In this document: in pieces, positions 1-7,613 of the stretch
How positions within the stretch are numbered: position 1 is the first letter of the stretch
Layout of the letters: every line of letters starts with the position of its first letter
Origin: a virus
Lineage: Duplodnaviria > Caudoviricetes
Length of the DNA stretch: 62,297 bases
Virus record (IMG/VR): IMGVR_UViG_3300037493_001386
Span: 1 to 62,297 of that record
Strand: one strand, 5' to 3'
Translations under genes and position numbers: made by a program
The notes under the pieces: generated by a model
Databases searched by the model: none
The model's input: the letters and a program-made list of their open reading frames with translations, nothing else
What the model was told of the DNA's origin: nothing

Positions 1-127
1 AGTAGGTAAAGATTTAAACTACGCATTATCAATTGTTGAATGGTATTCAGCAACAGACAAGCAAGACAAAGAAGTTAAATTAATCCTAAATCAAATCTGG
101 AATTAATAACCAACTAAGGGAGGCTCA
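1..127 (+). repeat. Exact 127-nt direct repeat, copy 1 (3' end of a small early gene plus part of a hairpin)
   Basis: Identical to 37130-37256; the copies diverge at the next base (aggctcaT vs aggctcaG). Confidence 0.95.
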
Positions 128-150
128 TACCTCCCTATATTTTCATTTTT
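117..150 (+). terminator. Hairpin / putative intrinsic terminator
   Basis: AGGGAGG-ctcata-CCTCCCT followed by a T-rich tract. Confidence 0.55.
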
Positions 151-185
151 AAATTTTTAATTAATCAATCCTAAATTCGTGTAAT

Positions 186-557
186 ATGAAAACTGAATCC
201 AAATTATCACTTTCCCAAATCTTAAATAACTATATCGACTTTTACGAACTTAGAGTTAGTGAGTTGATGGTAAAATTAGAATCAGATTACCTATACCAGT
301 TACCTTGGCTTGGGGAGGAAATCTATAAGTATAAGTATACCATTGCATATTACAAGTCAATGCTTAATGATTTGCAATCTGAGACCGATGGAGTTGTACT
401 TGGATATCATACAAGAATGTTATTAAACTACTGCAAGAGGGCATATAATGTAAGGGAAAATTCAACTGGTACATTGCATCGTGAGGTATCTACTTGGAAA
501 TTTCAATGCAATTTGGAAATACTTGAAAAGATTGAACAACTAACTAACAATAACTAA
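186..557 (+). CDS. Hypothetical early protein (A only)
   Basis: 123-aa ORF with A-rich leader; no recognisable motif. Confidence 0.7.
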   Translation: MKTESKLSLSQILNNYIDFYELRVSELMVKLESDYLYQLPWLGEEIYKYKYTIAYYKSMLNDLQSETDGVVLGYHTRMLLNYCKRAYNVRENSTGTLHREVSTWKFQCNLEILEKIEQLTNNN

Positions 558-586
558 TAATAAATCAATCACTAAAATCAATCAAA

Positions 587-1081
587 ATGAAAAAGCAAAA
601 AATGAAATTATCAGGAAGTTTCTTTAATTATTTAATGGGAAACAATGAAAGTATACCAGTAGTCGGTCAAGGCGGAACGGTTCTCGGATACTCGGACCGA
701 CACGCCTTTGAAGTACTGGAGGTATCAAAATGTGGGAAGAAAGTTCTATGCGAATATTACAAGGCAAAGAGAACTGATGATTGGGGAATGAGCGATTCGC
801 AGTCCTATGAATATACTGAGCTTAACGGGCATCAATTTACTCTTGAGTACCGATATGGTTCTTGGAAAGTAAAACATCAGGAAATGCATTTTGAAGAGGC
901 GCATTGGAAACTTTATTATGCTGCTGGAAATGACGGATATGAAAAGTATATCAAACCATATCAGGATGATAATGGAACCACTAACGTACTGGTAAAAGAT
1001 GTGACCAAAATGTATATCACATACTCAAAGAAGAACGTAATATTTGGAGTTAGAAATGAATACTATGATTATTCATTCTAA
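587..1081 (+). CDS. Hypothetical early protein (A only)
   Basis: 164-aa ORF followed by a hairpin. Confidence 0.75.
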   Translation: MKKQKMKLSGSFFNYLMGNNESIPVVGQGGTVLGYSDRHAFEVLEVSKCGKKVLCEYYKAKRTDDWGMSDSQSYEYTELNGHQFTLEYRYGSWKVKHQEMHFEEAHWKLYYAAGNDGYEKYIKPYQDDNGTTNVLVKDVTKMYITYSKKNVIFGVRNEYYDYSF

Positions 1082-1087
1082 AGATAA

Positions 1088-1114
1088 TGGGGAGTAACTT
1101 CCCCAATTATTTTT
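1088..1114 (+). terminator. Putative intrinsic terminator
   Basis: TGGGGAG...CTTCCCCA stem then T tract. Confidence 0.5.
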
Positions 1115-1124
1115 GATTTTAATA

Positions 1125-1154
1125 TTGCATATTCAAAATATATTGTTACATTTA
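1125..1154 (+). promoter_or_regulatory. Bacteroidota-type early promoter, repeated motif
   Basis: TTGCATATTCAAAA...TACATTTA; same layout at 6247, 37005 and 44619. Confidence 0.6.
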
Positions 1155-1186
1155 CAGAACATTAATCAATTACTAAATCAAACGAA

Positions 1187-1429
1187 ATGAATCGAAACCT
1201 TATTGAACACCAAGACACAATATTTTCAATGTTAGAAATTTACGCAAAAGGTAATATTGAAAGTATGGAAGTTGTTGATGCGCTGCAGACAGTTGTATTC
1301 CTGAAGATGAGCCTTGCTCGTCATATTGAAAATGATTTCAAATATATTGGATCAACTGAATATCACGTATTAGTTTCTTCAATTAACTCGTACAAAATAA
1401 GACTAATCAAATCTGTTTCTAATTACTAA
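1187..1429 (+). CDS. Hypothetical early protein
   Basis: 80-aa ORF directly downstream of the promoter motif. Confidence 0.65.
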   Translation: MNRNLIEHQDTIFSMLEIYAKGNIESMEVVDALQTVVFLKMSLARHIENDFKYIGSTEYHVLVSSINSYKIRLIKSVSNY

Positions 1430-1450
1430 TCAATCAAATTTCTAATTACT

Positions 1451-1744
1451 ATGAAAGCATCAACACTTTTCAAATCACAAGAAGGAAATACCTACTTCCA
1501 TTATGATCATCTAAATGGCTCAATGATTACCATTATAACTGATGGCTGCTATACTGGTATATTTACACGATGCGATAATAATTGCGCTGCAATGGCAAGG
1601 CAATTCCACAAGGAAGAATATCACAATGTGCCAGTAATATATCGTGACTATGTTGCAGTCACAACTGATGAATATGTAGAGGCCTTCGATAAGGCAATGG
1701 CAAAACTGGAAGATGCTGCAACCATAATGTTTAAATCACTTTAA
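1451..1744 (+). CDS. Conserved hypothetical protein
   Basis: Clear homolog at 37541-37834 (MKASTLFK...TIMFKSL). Confidence 0.85.
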   Translation: MKASTLFKSQEGNTYFHYDHLNGSMITIITDGCYTGIFTRCDNNCAAMARQFHKEEYHNVPVIYRDYVAVTTDEYVEAFDKAMAKLEDAATIMFKSL

Positions 1745-1771
1745 TTTTTAATCAATAAATCCAAATCAATT

Positions 1772-2479
1772 ATGTTACCAACACTAAATGCTCCAGTAGG
1801 AGGCGAATCAAATTACACGAATAAGATTGCACCAGTTGGTGTCCATCTTGCAAGAATCTACCAAATCATTGACTTAGGTACAACCGAACAAGGTGGTCAG
1901 TTTGGTGGCAAGAAAAGGAAAGTTCAGATACTATTTGAACTTCCTCTTGAAACTGCAGTCTTTGACCCTGAGAAAGGAGAGCAGCCATTCTATGCTCGCA
2001 ATATGTATACGTTGTCAATGCACGAGAAAAGCACCCTGAGAAAAGATGTGCATTCAATGCTTGGAAAAACATTGACAGATGATGAGGCTAAATCATTTAA
2101 TGTTTTTAATCTGCTTGGCAGAGAATGTATGGTTAGTATTATCCATCGACCAAGTGGTGATAAGGTATATGCCAACATTCAAACAATAACACCAGTTCCG
2201 AAAGGAATGGTTTGTCCTCCATCTGTTAACCCTCCTTTAGTGTTCTCAACGCAGATGCCTGATATGCAAGTATTCAGAATGCTTCCTGAGTTCGTACAAG
2301 ACAAGATTAAACTGAGCGACGAATTCATTGCCTATATGAATGCTCAGATGGCTGGTAACTATCCACCAAATAAACCGCAACCTATTCCACTACCAACATT
2401 TACTATCGAAAAGACGAATGATAGTGGTTTACAATGGATGCTTGGTGATGCAGAAGATCCTGATAAATTGCCATTCTAA
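1772..2479 (+). CDS. Phage single-stranded DNA-binding-like protein
   Basis: GxHLARIYQIIDLGT N-terminus, Pro-rich linker, acidic C-terminus ending LPF; homolog at 37862. Confidence 0.65.
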   Translation: MLPTLNAPVGGESNYTNKIAPVGVHLARIYQIIDLGTTEQGGQFGGKKRKVQILFELPLETAVFDPEKGEQPFYARNMYTLSMHEKSTLRKDVHSMLGKTLTDDEAKSFNVFNLLGRECMVSIIHRPSGDKVYANIQTITPVPKGMVCPPSVNPPLVFSTQMPDMQVFRMLPEFVQDKIKLSDEFIAYMNAQMAGNYPPNKPQPIPLPTFTIEKTNDSGLQWMLGDAEDPDKLPF

Positions 2480-2488
2480 ATTCATATG

Positions 2489-2527
2489 GTCGGAGATTTA
2501 ATAATTAGTTATTTCTCCGACCTTTTT
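2489..2527 (+). terminator. Intrinsic terminator after the SSB-like gene
   Basis: GGTCGGAGA...TCTCCGACC followed by TTTTT; a different hairpin sits at the same place in B (38582). Confidence 0.65.
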
Positions 2528-2572
2528 AAAAATAATAGGAAAATAAAATTGTCCTACAAAAATCCTACAACT

Positions 2573-3223
2573 ATGAAATCAGAAATTATATTAAATGTTG
2601 ATTCGCTATATGAAGTGATCAATCATCCATCCACATTAAAAAGCCAACAATTAATTAATGATGCACCATCAAAGGTAGAAGATAAGTTAACCTATGATAT
2701 TATGGAGCATACCATTAAACTTGCCAATGATGTAGTCAAGTTAATTGAGACAAATCGTAAATCAATTACTGCTCCATTGGATGCCTACAAAAAGCAAATA
2801 ATGGAAATTGAAAAGGATGCAGTAGAACCATTAAAGAAGTTTATTGAATCTGGTAAGTCTCAACTGCTATCATACAATAATGAATTAGAAAAAGTGCAAC
2901 GAGAGGCAAATGAAAAACTAAGGATTGAATCTGAAGCGGCATTAATAAATTCTGATGCTGATGTATTTAATACTCTTGCTGGATACTTTACCGACCAATC
3001 AGTTTCAATTAATACTGAGCAGCCAAAGAATATCAGGACTACTAAGAAGGCTCGCATTTGTGGCGAAGTAAACTGGTCAATGGTACTTAATGTATTATTT
3101 GCAGCCGAGTCATTGGACTACCAAGACTTACTAACTCCACTTGCAAAGGCAATGGAAAAATGCGGAGTTGTAATGATTGAAGGTATTGAAATCTATGATC
3201 ACAAAACACAAGTAATAAGATAA
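2573..3223 (+). CDS. Coiled-coil protein of the recombination module
   Basis: Start moved to ATG 2573 by homology with 38621-39280; RKSITAPLD coiled-coil region and GIEIY C-terminus. Confidence 0.65.
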   Translation: MKSEIILNVDSLYEVINHPSTLKSQQLINDAPSKVEDKLTYDIMEHTIKLANDVVKLIETNRKSITAPLDAYKKQIMEIEKDAVEPLKKFIESGKSQLLSYNNELEKVQREANEKLRIESEAALINSDADVFNTLAGYFTDQSVSINTEQPKNIRTTKKARICGEVNWSMVLNVLFAAESLDYQDLLTPLAKAMEKCGVVMIEGIEIYDHKTQVIR

Positions 3224-3226
3224 GTT

Positions 3227-3727
3227 ATGGAAGATAAAAAACCAGTACTAAATTTCAGAGGTGCAAATCCAATTAAACCAGTTTCAATTAATCAACACAT
3301 AAATCCAAAACAAATGAATACACAATTAACTATTGCTGATGAATTAAAAGTATCGCAAACTCATAAATATAAATTTGCGCCACATAACCATTCCGAAATT
3401 ATTAAGGCACTTGACACTTATAGGAATCATTTTAATATAGGTACTCAGGAGTTCTCTAAAATGGCTGGATATTGGGAAGGGCACTTTAATGCTTTATGTA
3501 CCTATAAACATAAATTCTCTGAGCCAAGTTATAGAAAATACAGAGAAGTGGTTATGGCATTAAAGGCAAAAGAATTAAATAAAGAAAAGCCAGTCTATGC
3601 GCCAACAGAACCAGCAACAATTAACAATACTGAATTAACAGAAGATATCTGCATTAACTTTTTGAAAGCGACCGGAGAATATAAAATATCCAAATTAGAA
3701 ACTATTACTAATTGGGTTGAATTATGA
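3227..3727 (+). CDS. Hypothetical protein, possible HTH (A only)
   Basis: 166-aa ORF absent from B; LDTYRNHFNIGTQEFSKMAG resembles an HTH. Confidence 0.55.
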   Translation: MEDKKPVLNFRGANPIKPVSINQHINPKQMNTQLTIADELKVSQTHKYKFAPHNHSEIIKALDTYRNHFNIGTQEFSKMAGYWEGHFNALCTYKHKFSEPSYRKYREVVMALKAKELNKEKPVYAPTEPATINNTELTEDICINFLKATGEYKISKLETITNWVEL

Positions 3728-4332
3728 CACGAAATGATTTCATTTATTATCCAGCATTATCGTGTTCTAAAATAAAGAAGTACTATACTGGAGATATTAG
3801 TTATGCAAAAGTAGCAATGGAAAAAGGCATTAGTATCCATAACCAATTGCTGGAAACTAAACCTGAGGATATGAATCCTGAAGCATTTAATATTCATAAC
3901 GCAATAGGTAACCATCCAATTGCATCAAGAATAATGTATGAATCAATTAATGAATATCCAATAATAAAAGACGTAACTATTGGAAAGCATACTATTCAAG
4001 GGAAAGCACTATTTGATATCTATAATGAGAAATTAAATCTGATAGCAGATATCAAAACAACATCTGCCAAAACATTGGATGTATTCGCATCAGATATGAT
4101 TAAGCACTATAATCACATTCAAGCAGTTTGGTACTCCCTAATCGCTGGAATTGATCCCAAGAACTTCTATTACATTGGAGTAACATCAATGTCTAAAAAA
4201 GTAGGGAGTAAATCTGATAGCATATTTATATATAGGCATAATGATAATGAGATTTCAGATGCTTATAAATTGATTACTGGATACCTTGATATAAATATTG
4301 CAGAACTAAAAGATAAATACAAAAGCAAATGA
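3724..4332 (+). CDS. PD-(D/E)XK exonuclease (RecE/exonuclease VIII-like)
   Basis: LSCSKIK, KALFD...IADIKTT and YNHIQAVWY motifs; homolog at 39277. Confidence 0.8.
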   Translation: MTRNDFIYYPALSCSKIKKYYTGDISYAKVAMEKGISIHNQLLETKPEDMNPEAFNIHNAIGNHPIASRIMYESINEYPIIKDVTIGKHTIQGKALFDIYNEKLNLIADIKTTSAKTLDVFASDMIKHYNHIQAVWYSLIAGIDPKNFYYIGVTSMSKKVGSKSDSIFIYRHNDNEISDAYKLITGYLDINIAELKDKYKSK

Positions 4333-4697
4333 ATGTAGTTTCAAGTACAGATTATGATTTGCTTTTTAGTTATAATCCTTGCGATATATTTCATTATTAT
4401 AATATTGATGAGATGCACGGATTGAATTTATATGACTGCATAAATTATAATAACACAAAAGAATCTGCATACTTTGCTGGTTGGTGCAATCTAATTCCAA
4501 ACTCAAATAGGCATTATGTATTTATTAATCTAAGTAGATGTAATAATGATATAGAGACATTTGGATTAATAATGCACGAACTGATGCATCTTAGTTTTGA
4601 TCTTCATACAGATGAAGAAGAATTAATTACTTGGGCGGAAAATGAATCTTACAAAGTATTTCAAATAATTAAAAACAATTTAATAAATGAATCCTGA
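4329..4697 (+). CDS. Small zincin-like HExxH protein (A only)
   Basis: IMHELMH plus downstream EEE. Confidence 0.6.
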   Translation: MNVVSSTDYDLLFSYNPCDIFHYYNIDEMHGLNLYDCINYNNTKESAYFAGWCNLIPNSNRHYVFINLSRCNNDIETFGLIMHELMHLSFDLHTDEEELITWAENESYKVFQIIKNNLINES

Positions 4698-5151
4698 ATT
4701 AGTTAGCCACATTGAATACTTAACTGGTAAGTCAATTAAGTTTAAAGAGATAGAAAATAGGTATGCCATTGGAGTTAAAAGATGGTTTCTTTGCGGAGGT
4801 GATTTGCCATCAATTGAAATAGCAAAGTATCTTGATATCAGCCATAATAAATTGACACTATTAATTCAGAAGCAAATGTCAAAAGTTACTGGTATAAAAC
4901 TTAAAGATGAAGCACCAATAGTTGATGTAATGTATACTCCATATTCATTAGAGAAATTATATCCTAAGTCTTACAGATTTGATTGGCAGCCAGTATATGA
5001 ATTAAACTATTATCTTTACCTCGCTAACAATTCAAGGGATCAAATAATTGATAATTACAAAGTATTTCTAAATGAGTCACGAGGTAGAGATATACAAAGT
5101 CATAGCAAGGTATCTTTCAATAAAATATCCAAAGGTAATATTCAGATTTGA
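4687..5151 (+). CDS. Conserved hypothetical protein, HTH-like
   Basis: PSIEIAKYLDISHNKL; homolog at 40126. Confidence 0.7.
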   Translation: MNPELVSHIEYLTGKSIKFKEIENRYAIGVKRWFLCGGDLPSIEIAKYLDISHNKLTLLIQKQMSKVTGIKLKDEAPIVDVMYTPYSLEKLYPKSYRFDWQPVYELNYYLYLANNSRDQIIDNYKVFLNESRGRDIQSHSKVSFNKISKGNIQI

Positions 5152-5455
5152 TTTTGCTGCTGGTATGTATCTGAGTCCATATATGGCAACAAAGCATAGG
5201 TCGCAAAATCCAATAAAAGGATATCCCGATTTATTTATTGCTTTACCTCGTGGAAAATTTGCTGGTCTATTTATTGAAATCAAAACTGAGAAAGCGAATC
5301 CATTTAAAAAGGATGGCACTTTGAAATCTAACGAGCATACAGAAAGACAAGCCGAAGTATTATCAATGCTGAATGAGGTTGGATACTATGCAGTATTTAC
5401 AAGTGGTGTTGACGAAACAATAAAAATTATAGAGAACTATATACATCAAAAATAA
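5072..5455 (+). CDS. VRR-NUC domain nuclease
   Basis: GYPDLFI...FIEIKT...RQ...L...GY motifs; homolog at 40511. Confidence 0.85.
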   Translation: MSHEVEIYKVIARYLSIKYPKVIFRFDFAAGMYLSPYMATKHRSQNPIKGYPDLFIALPRGKFAGLFIEIKTEKANPFKKDGTLKSNEHTERQAEVLSMLNEVGYYAVFTSGVDETIKIIENYIHQK

Positions 5456-5471
5456 TTTTCTATTTTAGCAA

Positions 5472-5581
5472 CATTCAGAGGTGGTATCCTGAATGCAACA
5501 AAAATATGTCGCCCTATGGTGACTGAGAGGCAACGATTAAAATCTGAGCCGATACCACCTCAGTCTTCATAGGGCATTTTT
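5472..5581 (+). ncRNA. Structured leader RNA upstream of the replication initiator (two hairpins plus loop-bulge pairing)
   Basis: Conserved at 43831-43943 with three compensatory base-pair changes; ends in a U tract. Confidence 0.75.
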
Positions 5582-5594
5582 AATTCTTATAACA

Positions 5595-6215
5595 ATGAAT
5601 AATCGGGACACTTGCATTTTTTATCGATCAATGTTTGAATCTATAAAGGAACTTCCAAAAGAGAATCAGGCAGAACTATACAATGCCATATTTGAATACT
5701 CTTTAGATTTTGTTGAACCTGAATTGGCTGGTCTATCAATGACAATATGGAGACTTATAAAGCCAGTACTGGAAAAAGGAAATACTAATTACATTAACGG
5801 AAGCAGACCGAAAGCGAAGCAGATAGTAAGCGAAACCGAAGCGAAACCGAAGCGAAGTAGAAGCAAAAGGCAAGCCTATAAGGATAAGGATAAGGATGTA
5901 GATATAGATAATGATATTATTGTTAAAGCACCATCTTTCAAGGCAATGACTAATGATGACTTAATAAATCAGATCAAACCATTTATAGAAAAGTACGGAA
6001 AGGACACTTGCAATGCTTTCTATTCATACTGGTCGGAACCACTTTCCAATGGTAGGATGAGATTGACAGAACAGAAGGCTTGGGATACCAGTAGAAGACT
6101 TTTCACTTGGAAACAGAGGGAGAAGCAGCCTGAATCTTCATATGTAAAAAAAGTACCAGTGCCTTTCAATCGCAGTAGTCAAGGGCAAACCTATGTAGGG
6201 GATGATGTGGTATAA
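5595..6215 (+). CDS. Replication initiator (DUF6291-like N-terminus, lambda O-like layout)
   Basis: FYRSMFESIKELP...LYNAIFEY N-domain, iteron-bearing linker, FYSYW..W..W C-domain; upstream of DnaB. Confidence 0.75.
   Translation: MNNRDTCIFYRSMFESIKELPKENQAELYNAIFEYSLDFVEPELAGLSMTIWRLIKPVLEKGNTNYINGSRPKAKQIVSETEAKPKRSRSKRQAYKDKDKDVDIDNDIIVKAPSFKAMTNDDLINQIKPFIEKYGKDTCNAFYSYWSEPLSNGRMRLTEQKAWDTSRRLFTWKQREKQPESSYVKKVPVPFNRSSQGQTYVGDDVV
5817..5897 (+). repeat. Putative origin: six AAGCnnA units at 11-bp period, then TAAGGA repeats
   Basis: Units at 5817, 5828, 5839, 5850, 5861 and 5872; period is not a multiple of 3; conserved in B. Confidence 0.7.
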
Positions 6216-6246
6216 AAAAAAATTTAAAAATATTTTGATAAATGTA

Positions 6247-6276
6247 TTGCATATTCAAAAAACTATATTAAGTTTG
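6247..6276 (+). promoter_or_regulatory. Bacteroidota-type promoter
   Basis: TTGCATATTCAAAA...TAAGTTTG. Confidence 0.7.
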
Positions 6277-6297
6277 CAGAACACTAAATCAAACACT

Positions 6298-6555
6298 ATG
6301 AAAATTTCAGCAAAACAAATCGTAAGAAGAACGAATAAAAATACTGCAACCACTATAATGGAGGGATATCATATGACTAAAATTGGTAATGACAATATTG
6401 GATGGAGAGGAGCAGAAGAAAATGAATATCATTTTATTACCAAGTATGGAAGTAAAATTCCGAAATGCGGTCAAGAAACAATAATAAGGGTTCTTGAAAT
6501 TGAATCTGAATTAATAAGATTTGATGGAGCGAATATTTACATAAAATTTAATTAA
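6298..6555 (+). CDS. Hypothetical protein (A only)
   Basis: Likely start ATG 6298 after the promoter and a CTAAATCAAAC leader. Confidence 0.65.
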   Translation: MKISAKQIVRRTNKNTATTIMEGYHMTKIGNDNIGWRGAEENEYHFITKYGSKIPKCGQETIIRVLEIESELIRFDGANIYIKFN

Positions 6556-6582
6556 TCAATCACTCTTAATAAATACTATAAT

Positions 6583-6789
6583 ATGACAACACAACACTAC
6601 TCGGAAGTTTTTCGGTCTGAAATAAGCCGCAAAAATGATCTACTGGATTTAATAAGCGAAGAGTTAACTGATACTCTTGTATACCTATCATCAAGTAAAT
6701 TTCAAGGCTTTGAAAACAACTATGTCAATGCTCAGGAAATGGCAAACAGAATACTGGAAATAAGGAGTCTAATTTTAGCAAAATACTAA
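6583..6789 (+). CDS. Hypothetical protein
   Basis: 68-aa ORF in the early cassette. Confidence 0.6.
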   Translation: MTTQHYSEVFRSEISRKNDLLDLISEELTDTLVYLSSSKFQGFENNYVNAQEMANRILEIRSLILAKY

Positions 6790-6796
6790 TCTATTC

Positions 6797-6822
6797 AGGG
6801 AGGCAAACGGCCTCCCTATTTT
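6797..6822 (+). terminator. Hairpin / terminator
   Basis: AGGGAGGC-aaacg-GCCTCCCT-atttt; similar to the hairpin at 117. Confidence 0.55.
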
Positions 6823-6843
6823 AACCAACTTAATAATTGAAAT

Positions 6844-7065
6844 ATGAATAATGCATTTCAGCCAATGGACGAGTCTTTAAGACTAAAAAGAATTTATGAC
6901 TTACAGAATATCTTGTATAAAATGGATTACTACCAAAGGGAGAGCGGATTTATCGCAGAGGATATATTGGGTAATCTAACATTCTTTGATTCTGAGCCAT
7001 CGTTTGGTGGCGCATTTATTACACGAGGTGACATTTTAGACTTCATAGATATATTCAATGGCTAA
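6844..7065 (+). CDS. Hypothetical protein
   Basis: 73-aa ORF. Confidence 0.55.
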   Translation: MNNAFQPMDESLRLKRIYDLQNILYKMDYYQRESGFIAEDILGNLTFFDSEPSFGGAFITRGDILDFIDIFNG

Positions 7066-7121
7066 TCATTATTGATGGCTGCAAATCACATATAATACAC
7101 AATCTTAATCAATCAATCGTT

Positions 7122-7607
7122 ATGATCAAATCTAAAGTAAATCAATTGTTAAATGATGTATCACATATTTGCGATGTATCTGCAAAGTATTCTACCAAAG
7201 TAAAATCCAAAGACAGACCAGTAATTAAAACTGAAGTAGACATTTATAAATTAATGCATCATTGGTATGCAAATACAGAAATGTTTGAGCAAAGGGAAAT
7301 CTTTTCAGTAGTATTAATGACTCGGGCAAATCAGGTATTAGGAGTTGTAAATTGTGGCGAGGGAGCAGCAACTTCAACTATTGTAGATAAGCAATATATT
7401 GCAAGACTTGCAATTTTGGCAAATGCTCAAGCGGTTGTCTTATGCCACAATCATCCATCAGGTAATATAAAACCCAGCGATGCGGATATAAGGATAACTA
7501 AGGAAATAAAAGAAGCACTTAAGTTATTAGAAATAACATTACTGGACCATTTAATACTAACACAAGACAATGGATTTACTTCATTGGCAGCAGAAGGCTT
7601 AATTTAA
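7122..7607 (+). CDS. radC: RadC-like JAB domain protein (A only)
   Basis: QREIF...CHNHPSG..KPS.AD..IT...LLDHLIL signature. Confidence 0.9.
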   Translation: MIKSKVNQLLNDVSHICDVSAKYSTKVKSKDRPVIKTEVDIYKLMHHWYANTEMFEQREIFSVVLMTRANQVLGVVNCGEGAATSTIVDKQYIARLAILANAQAVVLCHNHPSGNIKPSDADIRITKEIKEALKLLEITLLDHLILTQDNGFTSLAAEGLI

Positions 7608-7613
7608 AATCAA

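Noticed and set aside
1-127. Biological terminal repeat or att site
   Set aside because: It starts mid-gene at the window edge, its length equals a common assembler k-mer, and no integrase is present.
5817-5897. Short repeats as a CRISPR array
   Set aside because: The 11-bp period leaves no spacers and the repeats lie inside a coding gene; iterons fit better.
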